Part shown: positions 24,864-38,310 of the stretch, piece by piece
Numbering within the stretch: the stretch's first letter is position 1
Layout of the letters: the number at the start of each line of letters is the position of its first letter
Source: Octopus sinensis
Lineage: Eukaryota
Assembly: GCF_006345805.1 (NCBI RefSeq)
Contig: NC_043004.1
Coordinates: 45,508,001 to 45,572,000 of the forward strand
Direction of reading: 5' to 3'
DNA: 64,000 bases
Notes under the pieces: model-generated
Database searches by the model: none
Told to the model about the DNA's origin: nothing
What the model saw: only the letters and a program-made list of their open reading frames with translations
Position numbers and translations under genes: made by a program

Positions 24864-25056
24864 AGGTAATTTCTACTCTTCTCCTCTGGAAGCCATCTAC
24901 TCGCAATACTAGAGGGCGCACACTCTCCTACCCTGATGTAATCTCCAGGGATACAGGCATCCAGCAACAGGACCTCCGTAATGCCATGATGGACCGTGAA
25001 GTCTGGGGTAGCATGGTAAATTCCATTGTCTCGATCACGGTCGAAGAATGATGATG
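24864..25056 (+). mobile_element. RTE-like LINE 3' end with a 5' inverted duplication (24798-24856)
   Basis: VISTLLLWKPSTRNTRGRTLSYPDVISRDTGIQQQDLRNAMMDREVWGSMVNSIVSITVEE* followed by a (TGA)n tail. Confidence 0.7.
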
Positions 25057-25329
25057 ATGAAGTCTCGACTTTCAGGATTACGCTTAAAGATGCTGTCTGC
25101 TTGTCTAGTCCTGGTGCTGTTTTATCGTCTAATTTGTTTGTCTTCAACAATTTTCAGCTTCGCTTTTTGTCTTTTGTGTAGCTCCAGTTTTCAACAGGAG
25201 CGATCATCAGCAATATACTACCGCTTTTCGGCATTCACATTAAGAGATAATATGTCGTTCTTGCAACCATTTTTGAAACGGAGATGCGGACCATCCTAAC
25301 GTTTCCTTACAAGAAGCTAGTTTGCCATA

Positions 25330-25736
25330 TACTCTTTTACTCTTTTACTTGTTTCAGTCATTTGACTGCGGCCATGCTGGAGCACCGCCTTTAATCGAGC
25401 AACCCGACCCCAGGACTTATTCTTTGTAAGCCCAGTACTTATTCTATCGGTCTCTTTATGCCGAACCGCTAAGTGACGGGGACATAAACACACCAGCATC
25501 GGTTGTCAAGCAATGCTAGGGGGACAAACACAGACACACAAACATACACACACATACATATATATATATACATATATCCGATAGGCTTCTTTCAGTTTCC
25601 GTCTACCAAATCCACTCACAAGGCATTGGTCGGCCCGAGGCTATAGCAGAAGACACTTGCCCAAGATGCCACGCAGTGGGATTGAACCCGGAACCATGTG
25701 GTTGGTAAGCAAGCTACTTACCACACAGCCACTCCT
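25330..25736 (-). mobile_element. tRNA-SINE family S2 (~400 bp, CORE-like TTGGGCAAGTGTCTT)
   Basis: Head GGAGTGGCTGTGTGGTAAG..GGGTTCAATCCC, internal (TA/TG)n spacer, (TACTCTT)n-type tail; three near-complete copies in the window. Confidence 0.9.
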
Positions 25737-26012
25737 GGATCTTTCCATCTGACATGCAATGTACATGACAATGCAAGTGGATGCACCACTGTTGCAGTAG
25801 GATGAAGACTTTTACTTCACTGGTAGTTTATTTCATCAACTCTAGAAAGACATATGTCAGAGTTGACCTCGACAGAATTTGAACTCAGAATGTAACTGAC
25901 CATAACTGAATACAGCATGCATTTTGTCCGACGCTCTAGCGATTCTACTAAATGGTAAAATAACTCAGAGTTCTGATGAACTGTCGTAGCTCGTCACCTT
26001 TCGTTGAATACG

Positions 26013-26255
26013 ACTTAATTAATCGACCCCGAAAGAATGAAAGGCAAAGTCGACCTCAGCAGAATTTTAACTCAGAACGTAACGGCAGACGAAATATCGC
26101 TAAGCATTTCGCCCGGCGTGCTAACGACTGTGCCAGCTCGCCGCCCTTACGTATTCTTTTCTACTCGAGGCACAAGGCCTGAAATTTTGGGGGAGAGGGC
26201 CTGTAGATTAGATCGACCTCAGTACGCAACTGGTACTTAATTTATCGACCCCGAT
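26013..26255 (-). mobile_element. SINE S1 fragments (head/body and tail A)
   Basis: Matches the S1 body and the AGGCACAAGGCCTGAAATTTT tail-A motif. Confidence 0.8.
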
Positions 26256-26264
26256 TGCTGTAGC

Positions 26265-26733
26265 AATCCTTTTTCTCTTTTTATCCACACATTTCTAATA
26301 GTTTCAGCTGCATCACTTATGAAGATTCTGAGATCTTCTTCTTGGATTGCATTAAGTTGGATGGATATGGCTGCTGTATAAAGCAAGCATCGAAGTTTAA
26401 CATGCATAGGCCAGGATACATAATCGTTTGTTCATTGTCGGCGATTGTACGGACTTCTTCAGCAGCGTATATCCACAGATCGTTTTCACAACAGTTGATA
26501 AAATCCTCTATTAAAACAGAGAGAATAACCGGATCAATTTCATTTTGTAGAACTAACGTATTGACGAGTGACAGTTGAGAGAATTTATCTGAAAGAATTA
26601 CTGAGGGCTCTTCTTTAAAACAGTTTTGCAACGTCTTAAAAAGTTTCTTCCTTATCCTCATGGAATTCAGCTTAGCGGAAAAGCTGTTGTGTCCAGCTCC
26701 GTCAAAAGCTAAAATACACTTCGCAATCGTTGT
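26265..26733 (-). CDS. Candidate coding exon or pseudogene fragment of an unidentified protein
   Basis: Non-repetitive; open frame from a possible acceptor (ATGTAG|ACA, 26733): TTIAKCILAFDGAGHNSF..ENDLWIYAAEEVRTIADNEQ. A second frame continues DYVSWPMHVKLRCLLYTAAI..DAAETIRNVWIK. No homolog recognised and no strong donor. Confidence 0.45.
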
Positions 26734-26775
26734 CTACATAATTGTAATATTATCAGAAAAGATACTGAAAATATT

Positions 26776-27581
26776 CTTTTATACTCTAGCCACAAAACTC
26801 GAAATTTCGGGGGAGATGGGCAGTCGAATAGATCGACCCCAGTACGCAACTGGTACTTAATCTATTATCGACCCCGAAAAGATGAAAGGCGAAGTCGACC
26901 TCGGTGGGATTTGAACTTAGAACGTAAAGACAGATGAAATACCTATTTCTTTACTACCCACAAGGGGCTAAACACAGAGAGGACAGACTAACGGATTGAG
27001 TCGATTATATCGACCTCAGTGCGTAACTGGTACTTATTTAATTGACCCCGAAAGGATGACAGGCAAAGTAGACCTCGGCGGAATTTGAACTCAGAACGTA
27101 GCGGCAGACGAAATACCGCTAAGCATTTCGCCCGGTGTGCTAATGTTTCTGCTAGCACTCCGCTTTAACACAGTGAAAATATTCTTTTCTGCTCTAGGCA
27201 CAAGACCTGAAATTTTTGGTGAGGGGGCCAGTCGACTAGATAGACCCCAGAACGCAATTGGTACTTAATTTATCAACATCGAAAGAATAAAAGGCGAAGT
27301 CGACCTCGGCGGATTTTGAACTCAGAACGTAAAGACAGACGAAATACCTATTTCTTTACTACCCACAAGGGGCTAAACACAGAGAGGACAAACAAGGATA
27401 GACCAACGGATTAAGTCGATTATATCGACCTCAGTGCGTAACTGGTACTTATTTAATCGACCCCGGAAGGATGAAAGCCAAAGTCGACCTCGGCGGAATT
27501 TGAACCCAGAACGTAGCGGCAGACGAAATACCGCTAAGCATATCGCCCGGCGTGCTAACGTTTCTGCCAGCTCGCCGCCTT
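26776..27581 (-). mobile_element. Two tandem SINE S1 dimers (head-body-tailB-body-tailA)
   Basis: Junctions at ~26943 and ~27348; the whole block is flanked by 17-bp AAGATACTGAAAATATT (26759-26775, 27582-27598). Confidence 0.9.
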
Positions 27582-28539
27582 AAGATACTGAAAATATTGC
27601 CTGAGCTATTGTTCGTCTATGAACTACACTGCATGGTCAAAATGTGTTGATATCTTCGGTAGATCACTTTCCTGCTGATTATGATTCTATAAATTTGCCG
27701 ATGAAATAGATTAACGGAATGAACCGGCACTTTGAACGATCGGCTCTGGATTCCTCTTTATTGTAATTTTAGTTCCCATAAGATTGAGTTATCTTACAAT
27801 TACCACATGGGTAGTTTCGTTAAAGTATGTTTGTTACCTTTTAATTATTTTCATGCCTATAAGTTTGGACTTCAGCTTGGAGATAATCATTTTGCGTCTG
27901 GCTCTGTCAGAGCTAAGACACATACACCGCAGTTTTATGTCCAGACAATTGGTTTATGTTTACGAACGGATACAGAAAACATCGGCTGAGCAATAGCTCG
28001 GCAATGAACCAAATCGGAATGACTTAATTATCTATTTGAGAGGTCATTTTGTGGTTAATAATATGTTTTCTGATTTAAGCACAAATCCAGTAATTTTAAC
28101 GACAAACAGAGCAGTCGATACCACATAACCGAGTACTCGACTGGTACTTTATTTTATCGACCCCGGACGGATGAAAGAGAAAGTTGACCTCAGTGAAATT
28201 TGAACCCAGTTCGTTAAAAGCTGGAATGAATGCCGTAAAGCATTTTCCGGCACTAATGATTTTACCAGATCGCCACCTTTGCTGTTAATTATGGTTCTAT
28301 TACTGCCAATGCTGCAAATAATGGAATAAGTTGGCACTTTGAAATATCGGCTTTAGATTCTTTCATATAGTTTTCAGAAAAGCAATTACTGACTTGCTGA
28401 ATTATGTGTGATATGTATTATTTTAACGATTACATACTCCAGCGTAATATAAGAAGATCACTTTGTGATGCCTAGCCATGTTGTGATTGTAGAATTCAAA
28501 AGATGCAGAGACTAGTAAAGATTGTTTGGAAACGACGTT

Positions 28540-28966
28540 GGATCTTTTCGGTTTGAACGGCAGTTTTTAACATAATTTCTAGGTAACTAAAAAATGTTTA
28601 ACTTCGTATACTGGTAGAATGTGTTTATAAAACATCTTTTTCTCTTGGCTTTATTGAGAAAATTCTATAGTTTGTAAGATATTTGTTGTTTCTTTTCTTC
28701 AATTTCTGCAATTTCAACCAAACAGTGACATCTATTGAGGTAAAAAAACATTCTGTGCCGTATGAATATGTCCCTCGTTTAAGAAACAGATTAGGTTTAT
28801 TTACATTTGTGAGGAAAAAATATGCCCTTCCCCTCACCCCTAACCCTAACTAAACCTAACCCGAAAACAGATTGAAATACAATAGATCGATACTAGGGTC
28901 ATAATTACGGGTGACAATTTCATATGGCACCGCTAGAAAAAACTGCCGTTCAAACGGAAAAGATCC
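28540..28966 (+). mobile_element. MITE M1
   Basis: Same TIRs; perfect TSD ACGACGTT. Confidence 0.95.
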
Positions 28967-29180
28967 ACGACGTTTGTTAAGGATACTATCAGATGGACAT
29001 ATGTATCTGATGTAAATGATTAGACGTTTGCATTAGTACAGGAGAACTATGTTAGTCAGACAGAGTTAAGTACCTAGGAAATATTAATTTACTCCCTACT
29101 GACTTAACAAAACAATGAAGTGTATATATTCTAAATTATTCCGTGCTTGAGTAAAACAGAAGATGGTCATAACTAGATTC

Positions 29181-29655
29181 GGATCATTTCGGTTTGAACG
29201 GCAGTTTTTTCTAGCGGTGTCATATGAAATTGTCACCCATAATTATGACCCTAGTATCGATCTATTGCATTTCAATCTGTTTTAGGGTTAGCGTTAAGGG
29301 TGGGGGAAGGGTATCTTTTTTCTTCACAAATGTAAATAGTGGTGGTGCCCCAGCATGGCCGCGGCCTTCGGGCTAAAACATTTTAAAGGATTTAAGGAAA
29401 CCCAATCGGTTTCTTAAATGAGGGACATATTCATACGGCACAGAATGCTTTTTACCTCAATGGACGTCACTGATTGGTTGAAATTGCAGAAATTGAAGAA
29501 AAAAAAACAACAAATATCTTACAAACTATAGAATTTTCTCAATAAAGCCAAGAGAAAAAGATGTTTTATAAACACATTCTAACAGTATACGAAGTTTAAA
29601 ATTTTTAGTTACCTAGAAATTATGTTGAAAACTGCCGTTCAAACCGAAAAGATCT
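29181..29655 (-). mobile_element. MITE M1 with a ~59-bp insertion (29339-29397)
   Basis: Reverse orientation; decayed TSD CTAGATTC/ATAGAGTC. Confidence 0.9.
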
Positions 29656-30459
29656 ATAGAGTCCCTTGATTATAAGTTTGCCTGATTAGGGCTAATTTGA
29701 GGTTGAACAATAACATCATTGTTTAAGCTAGTCAACTAAGAAAGTCTTTACATATTTCTAAAAATGGCAATCAAATGTTCTGCGAATCACACTTTTATTG
29801 CCCTAAAAAAAAAAAGGGATCATACATTGGATGTTGTAGTTTAGTTAAGGATGTGTAATTTGTCTTCAGTGGTATAAAACCTTATATTGAAAAGTTTAAG
29901 GATGAAGCATCTGAGACCGGGTGTAAACGAAAGACACATTCCATGATTTTGGACTACGTCTCTGGTCAGAGATGAGATCTGTAAGTCCCAGGCCAGAGAC
30001 ATTGTCCGAATGTTAGCAGAATAGACTCTGCCTATGATAACTCGGCCTGCGTAACAGACTAAACCTAACAGCCAAGAACAGGCATAAACCGTCCGATATG
30101 ATTCCTACAGAGCAATGGTAGCATTATGTAATAAAGCTGACCTTTCCTTTTGAATTTTTGTTAAAATCAATCGAAATTTCATGCGGTTTTTACTAACTTA
30201 ATGTCAGTCATAAGATGTAGGTAAAAAAAAAAAAGGCAGAAAGCCGTTATCTAAGGTACCATGCACTGAGATCGAACCCAGAAACTTGTGACTGCGAAGT
30301 GAAAGTATTAACTAACAGTCATAAGAATAGTGATTCTATATGGCAGAAGGCATTTATCTAAGTTGTTTTGTAGTAAAATCGAACCCGGAAGCACATGATT
30401 ACGAAATGTAAGTATTAATTACGCAGTCATATCTGCATCTATAAGATGTGAGATGTTTA

Positions 30460-30770
30460 AGAAATAACTACTACGCCAAATAAAACTCCGGAGACCCCTA
30501 TCGGTCACGAATGACCATGGGATTGCACCAAGAAAGTTACCCTCCGAGGCACAAGTCCGGGCAAGGTTGTTTATGGAAGACCAGCAGTCACCCATGCATA
30601 CCAGCCTCCCCTCTCCACACCACTAATGTTATCCTAGGGAAAGGCAATGGCCGATACAGCTTGGACACCAGTGACGTCGCAACTCATTTCTACAGATGAG
30701 CGAACGGGAGCAATGTGAAATAAAGTGTCTTGCTCGAGAACACAATACGCAGCCCGGTCTGGGAATGGAG
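30460..30770 (-). mobile_element. tRNA-SINE family S4
   Basis: GAGCAATGTGAAATAAAGTGTCTTGCTCGAGAACACAATACGCAGCCCGGTCTGG head region and TAAAACTCCGGAGACCCC tail. Confidence 0.7.
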
Positions 30771-31374
30771 AGACATGCGCCTTCACCACATAAAACTATA
30801 TTGTGGTTGCCTAATTTAGAACACCACCAGTGACATATATTATTGAAATGGTCCATATCATATATAGGTTAAACAACGAAAAGACCCTGGTGTCAACAAA
30901 ATTCCTGAAAAAGATGTTAGAACATGGATCACAGCACAGACTGACCAGATTGCTTTGAAAGACAATGAGAAATTCGTATATCAGAGAGGGAAAGACGTAG
31001 TGTGCAGTTGAGAGTTGGCTTTGAGATCATCTGATCATATGTGATAAGGCAGAACATCATTGAAATATACAACTGATACCAGCTCATCTTTTATTCACAA
31101 TGGATCTAAGACTGTAATATCCTATGTGAAGTTTTTCAAGAGGGTAGAGTATCATTTTGAAGAGGTTTAGCTGTTGTTTCAAGCAACTCAAGTGATTACA
31201 TAGAACCTCCTTCACTGGTTTGAGGTTTATATATTAGTAAGAGACTGTGAGCGGTGATCGTAGATTTGGTTGTAGACCGAACCTAACTCATGTATATGGA
31301 ATTATTAGTAATATGAAATTAGCCATGGTTCTGTCTATGAAAACATCCACGATAGGTATGACGATAAATAATAA

Positions 31375-31773
31375 TCCTTTTCTGTTATAGACACAAGGCC
31401 TGGAATTTGTGGGGAGGGGGATAGCCGATTACATCGACCTCAGTACTCAACTGGTACTTAATTTATGAACCCCGAAAGCATGAAAGGCAAAGTCGACCTC
31501 GGCGGATTTTGAACTCAGAACATAGCGGCAGACGAAATACTTATTTCTTTACTACCCACAAGGGGATAAACACAGTGAGGACAAACAAGGACAGACAAAC
31601 GGATTAAGTCGATTACATCGAACCCAATGCGTAACTGGTACTTAATTTACCGACCCCGAAAGGGTGAAAGGCAAAGTCGACCTCGGCGGAATTTGAACTC
31701 AGAACGTAACGGCAGACGAAATACGGCTACGCATTTCGCCCGGCGTGCTAACGTTTCTGCCAGCTCGCGGCCT
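31375..31773 (-). mobile_element. SINE S1 dimer (tail B then tail A)
   Basis: Same architecture as the 26776 dimers; junction at ~31541. Confidence 0.9.
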
Positions 31774-31984
31774 TATGACCATAGATAGTAATGAGAACTT
31801 AACTGACATTTCAAGTTCAAACCCGCAGTACGATGCGCATACAACTAATTCTCCAGTCAAAAGGAAAACATTTTTAGTGTTTTGCGGATAATTACTGATT
31901 TACTCTCGGAAGATATTGAAGAACTGAATTACTAAAGCAAAAGTGGAGAACCTGCTACCTTCAGAAAGAAGTACAAAATAAGAA

Positions 31985-32215
31985 CAAATATAGATTGGAA
32001 TATCTTAATTTAATAGATTAGCATTTTCTCCGGGTTATAAGTATAGTATTATATTAAATAGGATCTAATATAGCTTGAGAATACCTTAATTTAGTAGGTT
32101 AGCATTTTCCGTTGAGATACGACTATAGTATGATATGAAATAGGAATAAATATAGCAAGAGAATTCCATTAATTTGATAGATTAGCATTTTCCTCATTGA
32201 CATAAATATAGTACA
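31985..32215. repeat. Degenerate ~82-bp tandem repeat, 3 copies
   Basis: TTAGCATTTTC recurs at ~32018, 32099 and 32182 with similar flanks. Confidence 0.7.
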
Positions 32216-32447
32216 ATAAGAACTGTGTGAAATTCAAATATTCATATATAATGAATTTTGGTTTGGTTACATCAGAAGTTACAATGTTGCATGGCTGAAT
32301 GAAACAGACAGTCATCTAATTAACAACAATCATGCAACTATAGAAACCGTGAAAACTGCCCATCAGATGGTAATTGTTTGGAAATTGATAGTATATAGCG
32401 TTAAAGAGCTATATAGATATAGAAATAAAGGGAATGTAGCCACGTTT

Positions 32448-32488
<41 letters not shown>

Positions 32489-32932
32489 ACACACACACAT
32501 ACATATATATATACATGCGTTAAGAAATGGAGCAATAATTGACAATGTGAAGTGGATCATTAGTGTTTTAAAGTTTGTTTAAATAAATTAGGAGTATGTT
32601 TACAGCTGTTTCGATTTATCACAATGGAGTAAATTTGCATTTGCCTCGTTACAATTGATAAACATTTTCAGAACGATTATATGGAAAAAGAAGGCAAAGA
32701 TAAAATAGAAGGAAAAAAGGAAGAGTGTTCGTTAAAGCAATAGTCTTACATTTTGGTGACTTACATATTTCCACGTGTCAGTGGAAGGATAAAAGAGAAG
32801 AGAGTTCGTTAAAGCAATAGTCATAACATTTAGTATCTTGCATATTTCCACGTGTCCTTAGATTCCTACATTCGGTGCTAATGGTGGTAACGGGGACAGT
32901 GGCTAGTTGGGGATATCCAGTGTTGTTACTGG

Positions 32933-33669
32933 ACATAAGTAACACTAATTTTTAGCTTCTCAGTTAGTCCTTGTAATCACAATGGAAGCCATAGTATAAA
33001 CTAAAGATGGTATTTAAAGTTTATACGATAAAGTGTGTACAAGGGGCTAAGTAAAGGAATAATAGAAAGGATTGAAGAGTACATAGAAAAAACATTAAGA
33101 TCAATAAGGAAACTATAGCGTGTCATATGAGTCGGTAGTCTAGCTATCAAGTGAAATTAAACTATAAGAAAGAGGGCCCTAGCGCACCAGGTACAATAAG
33201 TATTTTTTGTTTGCATAAAGACAAATTCTGATTATCAAAATATCGCTAAACCCTACTTATCCTTTAAATATCGTGAATCCCTATTTTACAGGTTATTAGC
33301 GGACCTGCTTAACCTCTTATTACCTCCTCTTAACCATCCCGCTTAGCACTTAGCACTAGTTACCCTCACTCAACATTATAAACTAAATACCGAACTATAT
33401 ACTTATTCTACATGGTGCGCTAGGGCTCTCTTTCCTATAGTTTAATTTCACTTGATAACTAGACTACCGACTCATATGACACGCTATAATTTCCCTATTT
33501 ATCTTAATGTTTTTTCTTTGTACTCTTCAACTATTTCTATTATTCCTCTACTTAGCCCATTGTACACACTTCACCGTACAATCTTTAAATAACATCCTTA
33601 GTTTATATTACAGCTTCCATTGTAGTGAGAGGGACTAACTGAGAAGCTACAAATTAGCGTTACTTATGT
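32933..33669. mobile_element. Foldback/MITE with ~271-bp inverted arms and a ~195-bp spacer
   Basis: 32933-33203 is the reverse complement of 33399-33669 at roughly 85-90% identity by eye. Confidence 0.85.
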
Positions 33670-33673
33670 ATGT

Positions 33674-33706
<33 letters not shown>

Positions 33707-33708
33707 AT

Positions 33709-33750
<42 letters not shown>

Positions 33751-33755
<5 letters not shown>

Positions 33756-34039
33756 CGTGATCACCGTGACCGACCAGGCTATCAGATGTTGCTACACAAC
33801 GCTGGTCACAATGCGCTTCGAATTGTTTTTAGCCTTCAAATGACAACACCCCGCTGGCTAAGAGAGCAGACCAACAGAAGAAAGAGTGAGAGAAACTTGT
33901 GGCGAAAGAGTACAGCAGGGATCGCCACCACTCCCTGCCGGAGCCTCATGGAGCTTTAGGCGTTTTCGCTCAATAAACACTCACAACGCCCGGTCTAGGA
34001 ATCGAAACCACGATCCTACGACCGCGAGTCCGCTGCCCT
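33751..34039 (-). mobile_element. tRNA-SINE family S3
   Basis: Head GCAGCGGACTCGCGGTCGTAGGATCGTGGTTTCGATTCC; 3' end GGTCACGGTGATCACGGTGAT next to (TA)n. Confidence 0.8.
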
Positions 34040-34819
34040 GACACACACACACACACACCACACACACACATATATATTTGATACTACAAAGTATTCATTC
34101 ATTTATCAATCCTGATAAAATAAAAATTAAAAAAACTAGGTTTCAGCTTGGTTAAAATTTATAAGCCCATACGAATTCAAAATTACTTGGTCGATCGAAG
34201 CTAAGGCACGTGTTTACAGAAACGTTAACTTCAGGTCGCAAAAGCGGTGCAAGTTTTGTTTACACGAGAAGACGAGGACGTTGGTGCAAAACGAAGTTAT
34301 TTAAACAGGAGAATGGGATTGTTGTCAGATTGAATTGAAAGCATAAGCCTCTTTGGTTATGAATCTGCTTCAAACAGAAAAATAAAAGCTGATTTAGGAA
34401 TGATGCTTTAGATAAGTGATTTCTAAAAGAAGTCTTAATGGAAACAGAAGATTTCTCAAGGAAGAATAATTATAGTGCGACCTCACTTGGCTTAAAAACG
34501 GAATTGTTTTGAGGCATTATTTGTTTTTCACAACGCCCTGATGACTGTGGCAATCTACTATCCTTATCTCGCGTTTTAATAATTCAAACTAATAATTAAT
34601 TCGCCAAATAAAAATATATTGTTGCTACCTAATTAAGAACACAGCAACAACATATACTCGTGAAACGGTCTAGACCCTGGTATGAGTACAATGGAAAGAG
34701 ACCATCTTGGTAGTATACCAAGTCGCCACTGATAAACATCGTAGCTCGATAAACAATGTTGAAGTAAAAATCTTTTTAATGTACCGACGCTGTCTGACAA
34801 TGAGGTATATAACAGAAGT

Positions 34820-35052
34820 AAGGCGGCGAGCTGGCAGAATCGTTAGCACGCCGGGCGAAATACTTAGCGGTATTTCGTCTGCCGTTACGTTCTGAGTTCA
34901 AATTCCGCCGAGGTCGACTTTGCCTTTCATCCTTTCGGGGTCGATAAATTAAGTACCAGTTACGCACTGGGGTCGATATAATCGAATTAATACCTATGTC
35001 TGTCCTTGTTTGTCCTCTCTATGTTTAGCCCCTTGTGAGTAATAAAGAAATA
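34820..35052 (+). mobile_element. SINE S1, tail B
   Basis: Full-length; 16-bp TSD GGTATATAACAGAAGT / GGTATATTACAGAAGT. Confidence 0.95.
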
Positions 35053-35392
35053 GGTATATTACAGAAGTATTGCAGATACCGAAAGAAGAAATTGAACTCA
35101 TCCATTCTCTTAGCTGAAGTACGAATGGCATAATAATCAGGCGCACTACCGCTACCGCCATACACCAGGTAAAAATATTCCACCCACATTATTGGAGCTC
35201 AAACATAAATTAACAAAAAATACAGGAATGATGACATCAGAAATAAATCGAGATGTCTAATCATAGAGTGCAAACAGAACAATAAAAAAGATAAAAATAT
35301 CTTAGTACAATGTATTTCCAAGTAACTAACAAATTAACAGTACATGTGTATATGTGTGTGTTCACGTGTGTGGGTGTATGTGTATGTGTATC

Positions 35393-35434
<42 letters not shown>

Positions 35435-36656
35435 TATGTGCGTGTTAGGGCAGTTCAGACAAGCAGACAGTATGGACTGAGATCATGGGAAAACCATATG
35501 GTAGACAGACCAGCTGCATAGCCAGACAGGCTACTAAGTAAAATGTTAGGAATGATGAGAAAATCAGATGGCTATTATACAATTCAAACCACATTATATT
35601 TGACAGTAAACAACAAAAGTAATTACGAGAAGCCGGTATATGCAACGTATTGGCAGAGGTGTTAGAGTGTCGGACAATGCTTTGCGGTCTTTAGTCTAAT
35701 CGTCTGCTCTTTGAGTTTAAATTTCGCCATGGCCTTATATGTGTTTTGGTCTTAACTGATCTCATGGTTTAACACCACAACCCGCAACCATGGGTGCCCT
35801 TTTTTGGTGTCCCCTCTTTTGCAAAAATCTGGGTTAAATTTTCGGTTTCAGGATTTCTTTTTCTATCTCTTTCACGGGTTCAGAATCCTTTAAAGGGTAA
35901 TGTGCACTTCTTTTCCCCCTGACAAAGGACGCGTGTGTGTGTATGATTTTTTGCTTGTTTCAAATAAAGAATTTCAGTAGAACAAATAGACCCCAGTCCA
36001 TTTTTTTAAGTCTGGTGCTTATTCTATCGGTCCCTTTTGCCGAACCGCTAGATAACGGGGAGGTAAACATACCAATATAGAGAAAAGCACACACATCATC
36101 ATAGTATTCAGTAAATTACATAACACACATAGTATAGGCAAATACAACACCTGTCCGCTGCGTGCTTCCTAAACGTTGTACGAAATTCAGTTTTAGCGTA
36201 TTCTAGGACGCAAAATGACGTCTCTTGTTTTGTGAATGACATTACTGGATCTGAAAAGAGACAAAAAGCAAAATTAAATCAAAATTGGATTGATAGAAGA
36301 GAACTTGGCACTTTTAGCTTATAAATTGTATCAGTTCAACCATGCTATCATTTGTAGTTCATTATATAAGAGTTCTTAGAATGTGACACAGACTTTTGAA
36401 ACACTATATATATATATATATTATATATATATTATATATATATATATATTATATATATGTATGTATATACATAGATATATATATATTAGCCACTACACAC
36501 ATTTTTTTTCTCTCCTTGTTTTTTTCTGTGTCCCTTTCTGTAGAAGAGCGTAGGCTCGAAACGTAATATACTTTTTCTATTTCTGAGCGTTATACTAATA
36601 CATCTGTTTGTTTTGTACACCACCTGTCTTCGTCTTTTGTTTTTTTCGTAAACTCT

Positions 36657-36706
<50 letters not shown>

Positions 36707-37859
36707 ATGTATATATATATATATGCATGTATGTATATCTATATATGTATGTATATACATACATATATATATATATGTATATATATGTATACAAATATAT
36801 ACACATGTGTGTGTGTGTACATATAAATTTCATGTTAGGTGACAGTTATATGGTCAAGATTTTGCCACTATTCTTCAACATTTTTCAGGATTCTTCAGCA
36901 TCGTCCTTAAAATGGCTACCGGCTGTACGAGATTTTATCAGAAAGCGCGTTGCAACAAACCATCACCACTGGATAGTAATCCATTTAGATAAACATCCAC
37001 AACTATACACACAACAACAATAAATTTCTTACACCATACTGCACTTCCAAAATACATTTTCCTTTGTTTAAGAATATTTTTTCTACAGGGTTCTTCTAAC
37101 CGAATTATTGCTAACCGTCCAAAACATGCATCTTGCGTTTCAAAATATTTAGTTTTGCCCCTTTCAGGCAAAACAAACATTCACATTCAACATTTATTCT
37201 CATAAAATCACATACTGCTGGTAGTCTTCTTTAAACACGGATGGAGGAATGCTGGAAGAAGGTGACAGCGGTTTAAGCTACGCCAGATAGTTTTCTCATT
37301 ACAGGAAACATAAAGTAGTTTGCCTCAAATAAGATACTGTATATAAAACATTAATACCGCTCAAATGCATTCAGTGCTTTGTTTTGCTGAACCTAATATC
37401 ACACGAACAGTTCCATACACATATGTGCACGTGCGTGTATGTGTGTATGCGTACATAAATGCTTAAACTTATTGTACGTATGCATAAAAATATCTATATA
37501 ATTGTGTGTGTTTGTGTATCTGTATGTACGGAAGCATAACATAATTTTATATACACAGAGTTGTAATATATCTGTGTGTAAGTAGGTATTGATGTATATT
37601 TTTATATATGAGTGCATAAGACTATTCGTATGCAAAGAATAATATGTTGGCATATCAGAAAACGGTAGAATAGCTCAAGAATTCAGAAGTAAGCAATACA
37701 TATACAAAAGAAGGGGAAAAATAGCCTTGAAAATAAAACGAATTTATTATGTATAAAACAAACTCTATAGAACGGCAGGAACATATCTAGAGAATAAAGA
37801 AAGAGATAGAAAAAGAGAAGGAGAAGAAGAAAGAGATGATGGAAATGGATGAGGAGCAC

Positions 37860-38310
<451 letters not shown>

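Noticed and set aside
35076-35168. AG..GT-bounded 93-bp candidate exon
   Set aside because: Stops in all three frames.
36889-37023. Candidate plus-strand exon after TTTTCAG
   Set aside because: No donor and no recognisable peptide; chance level.
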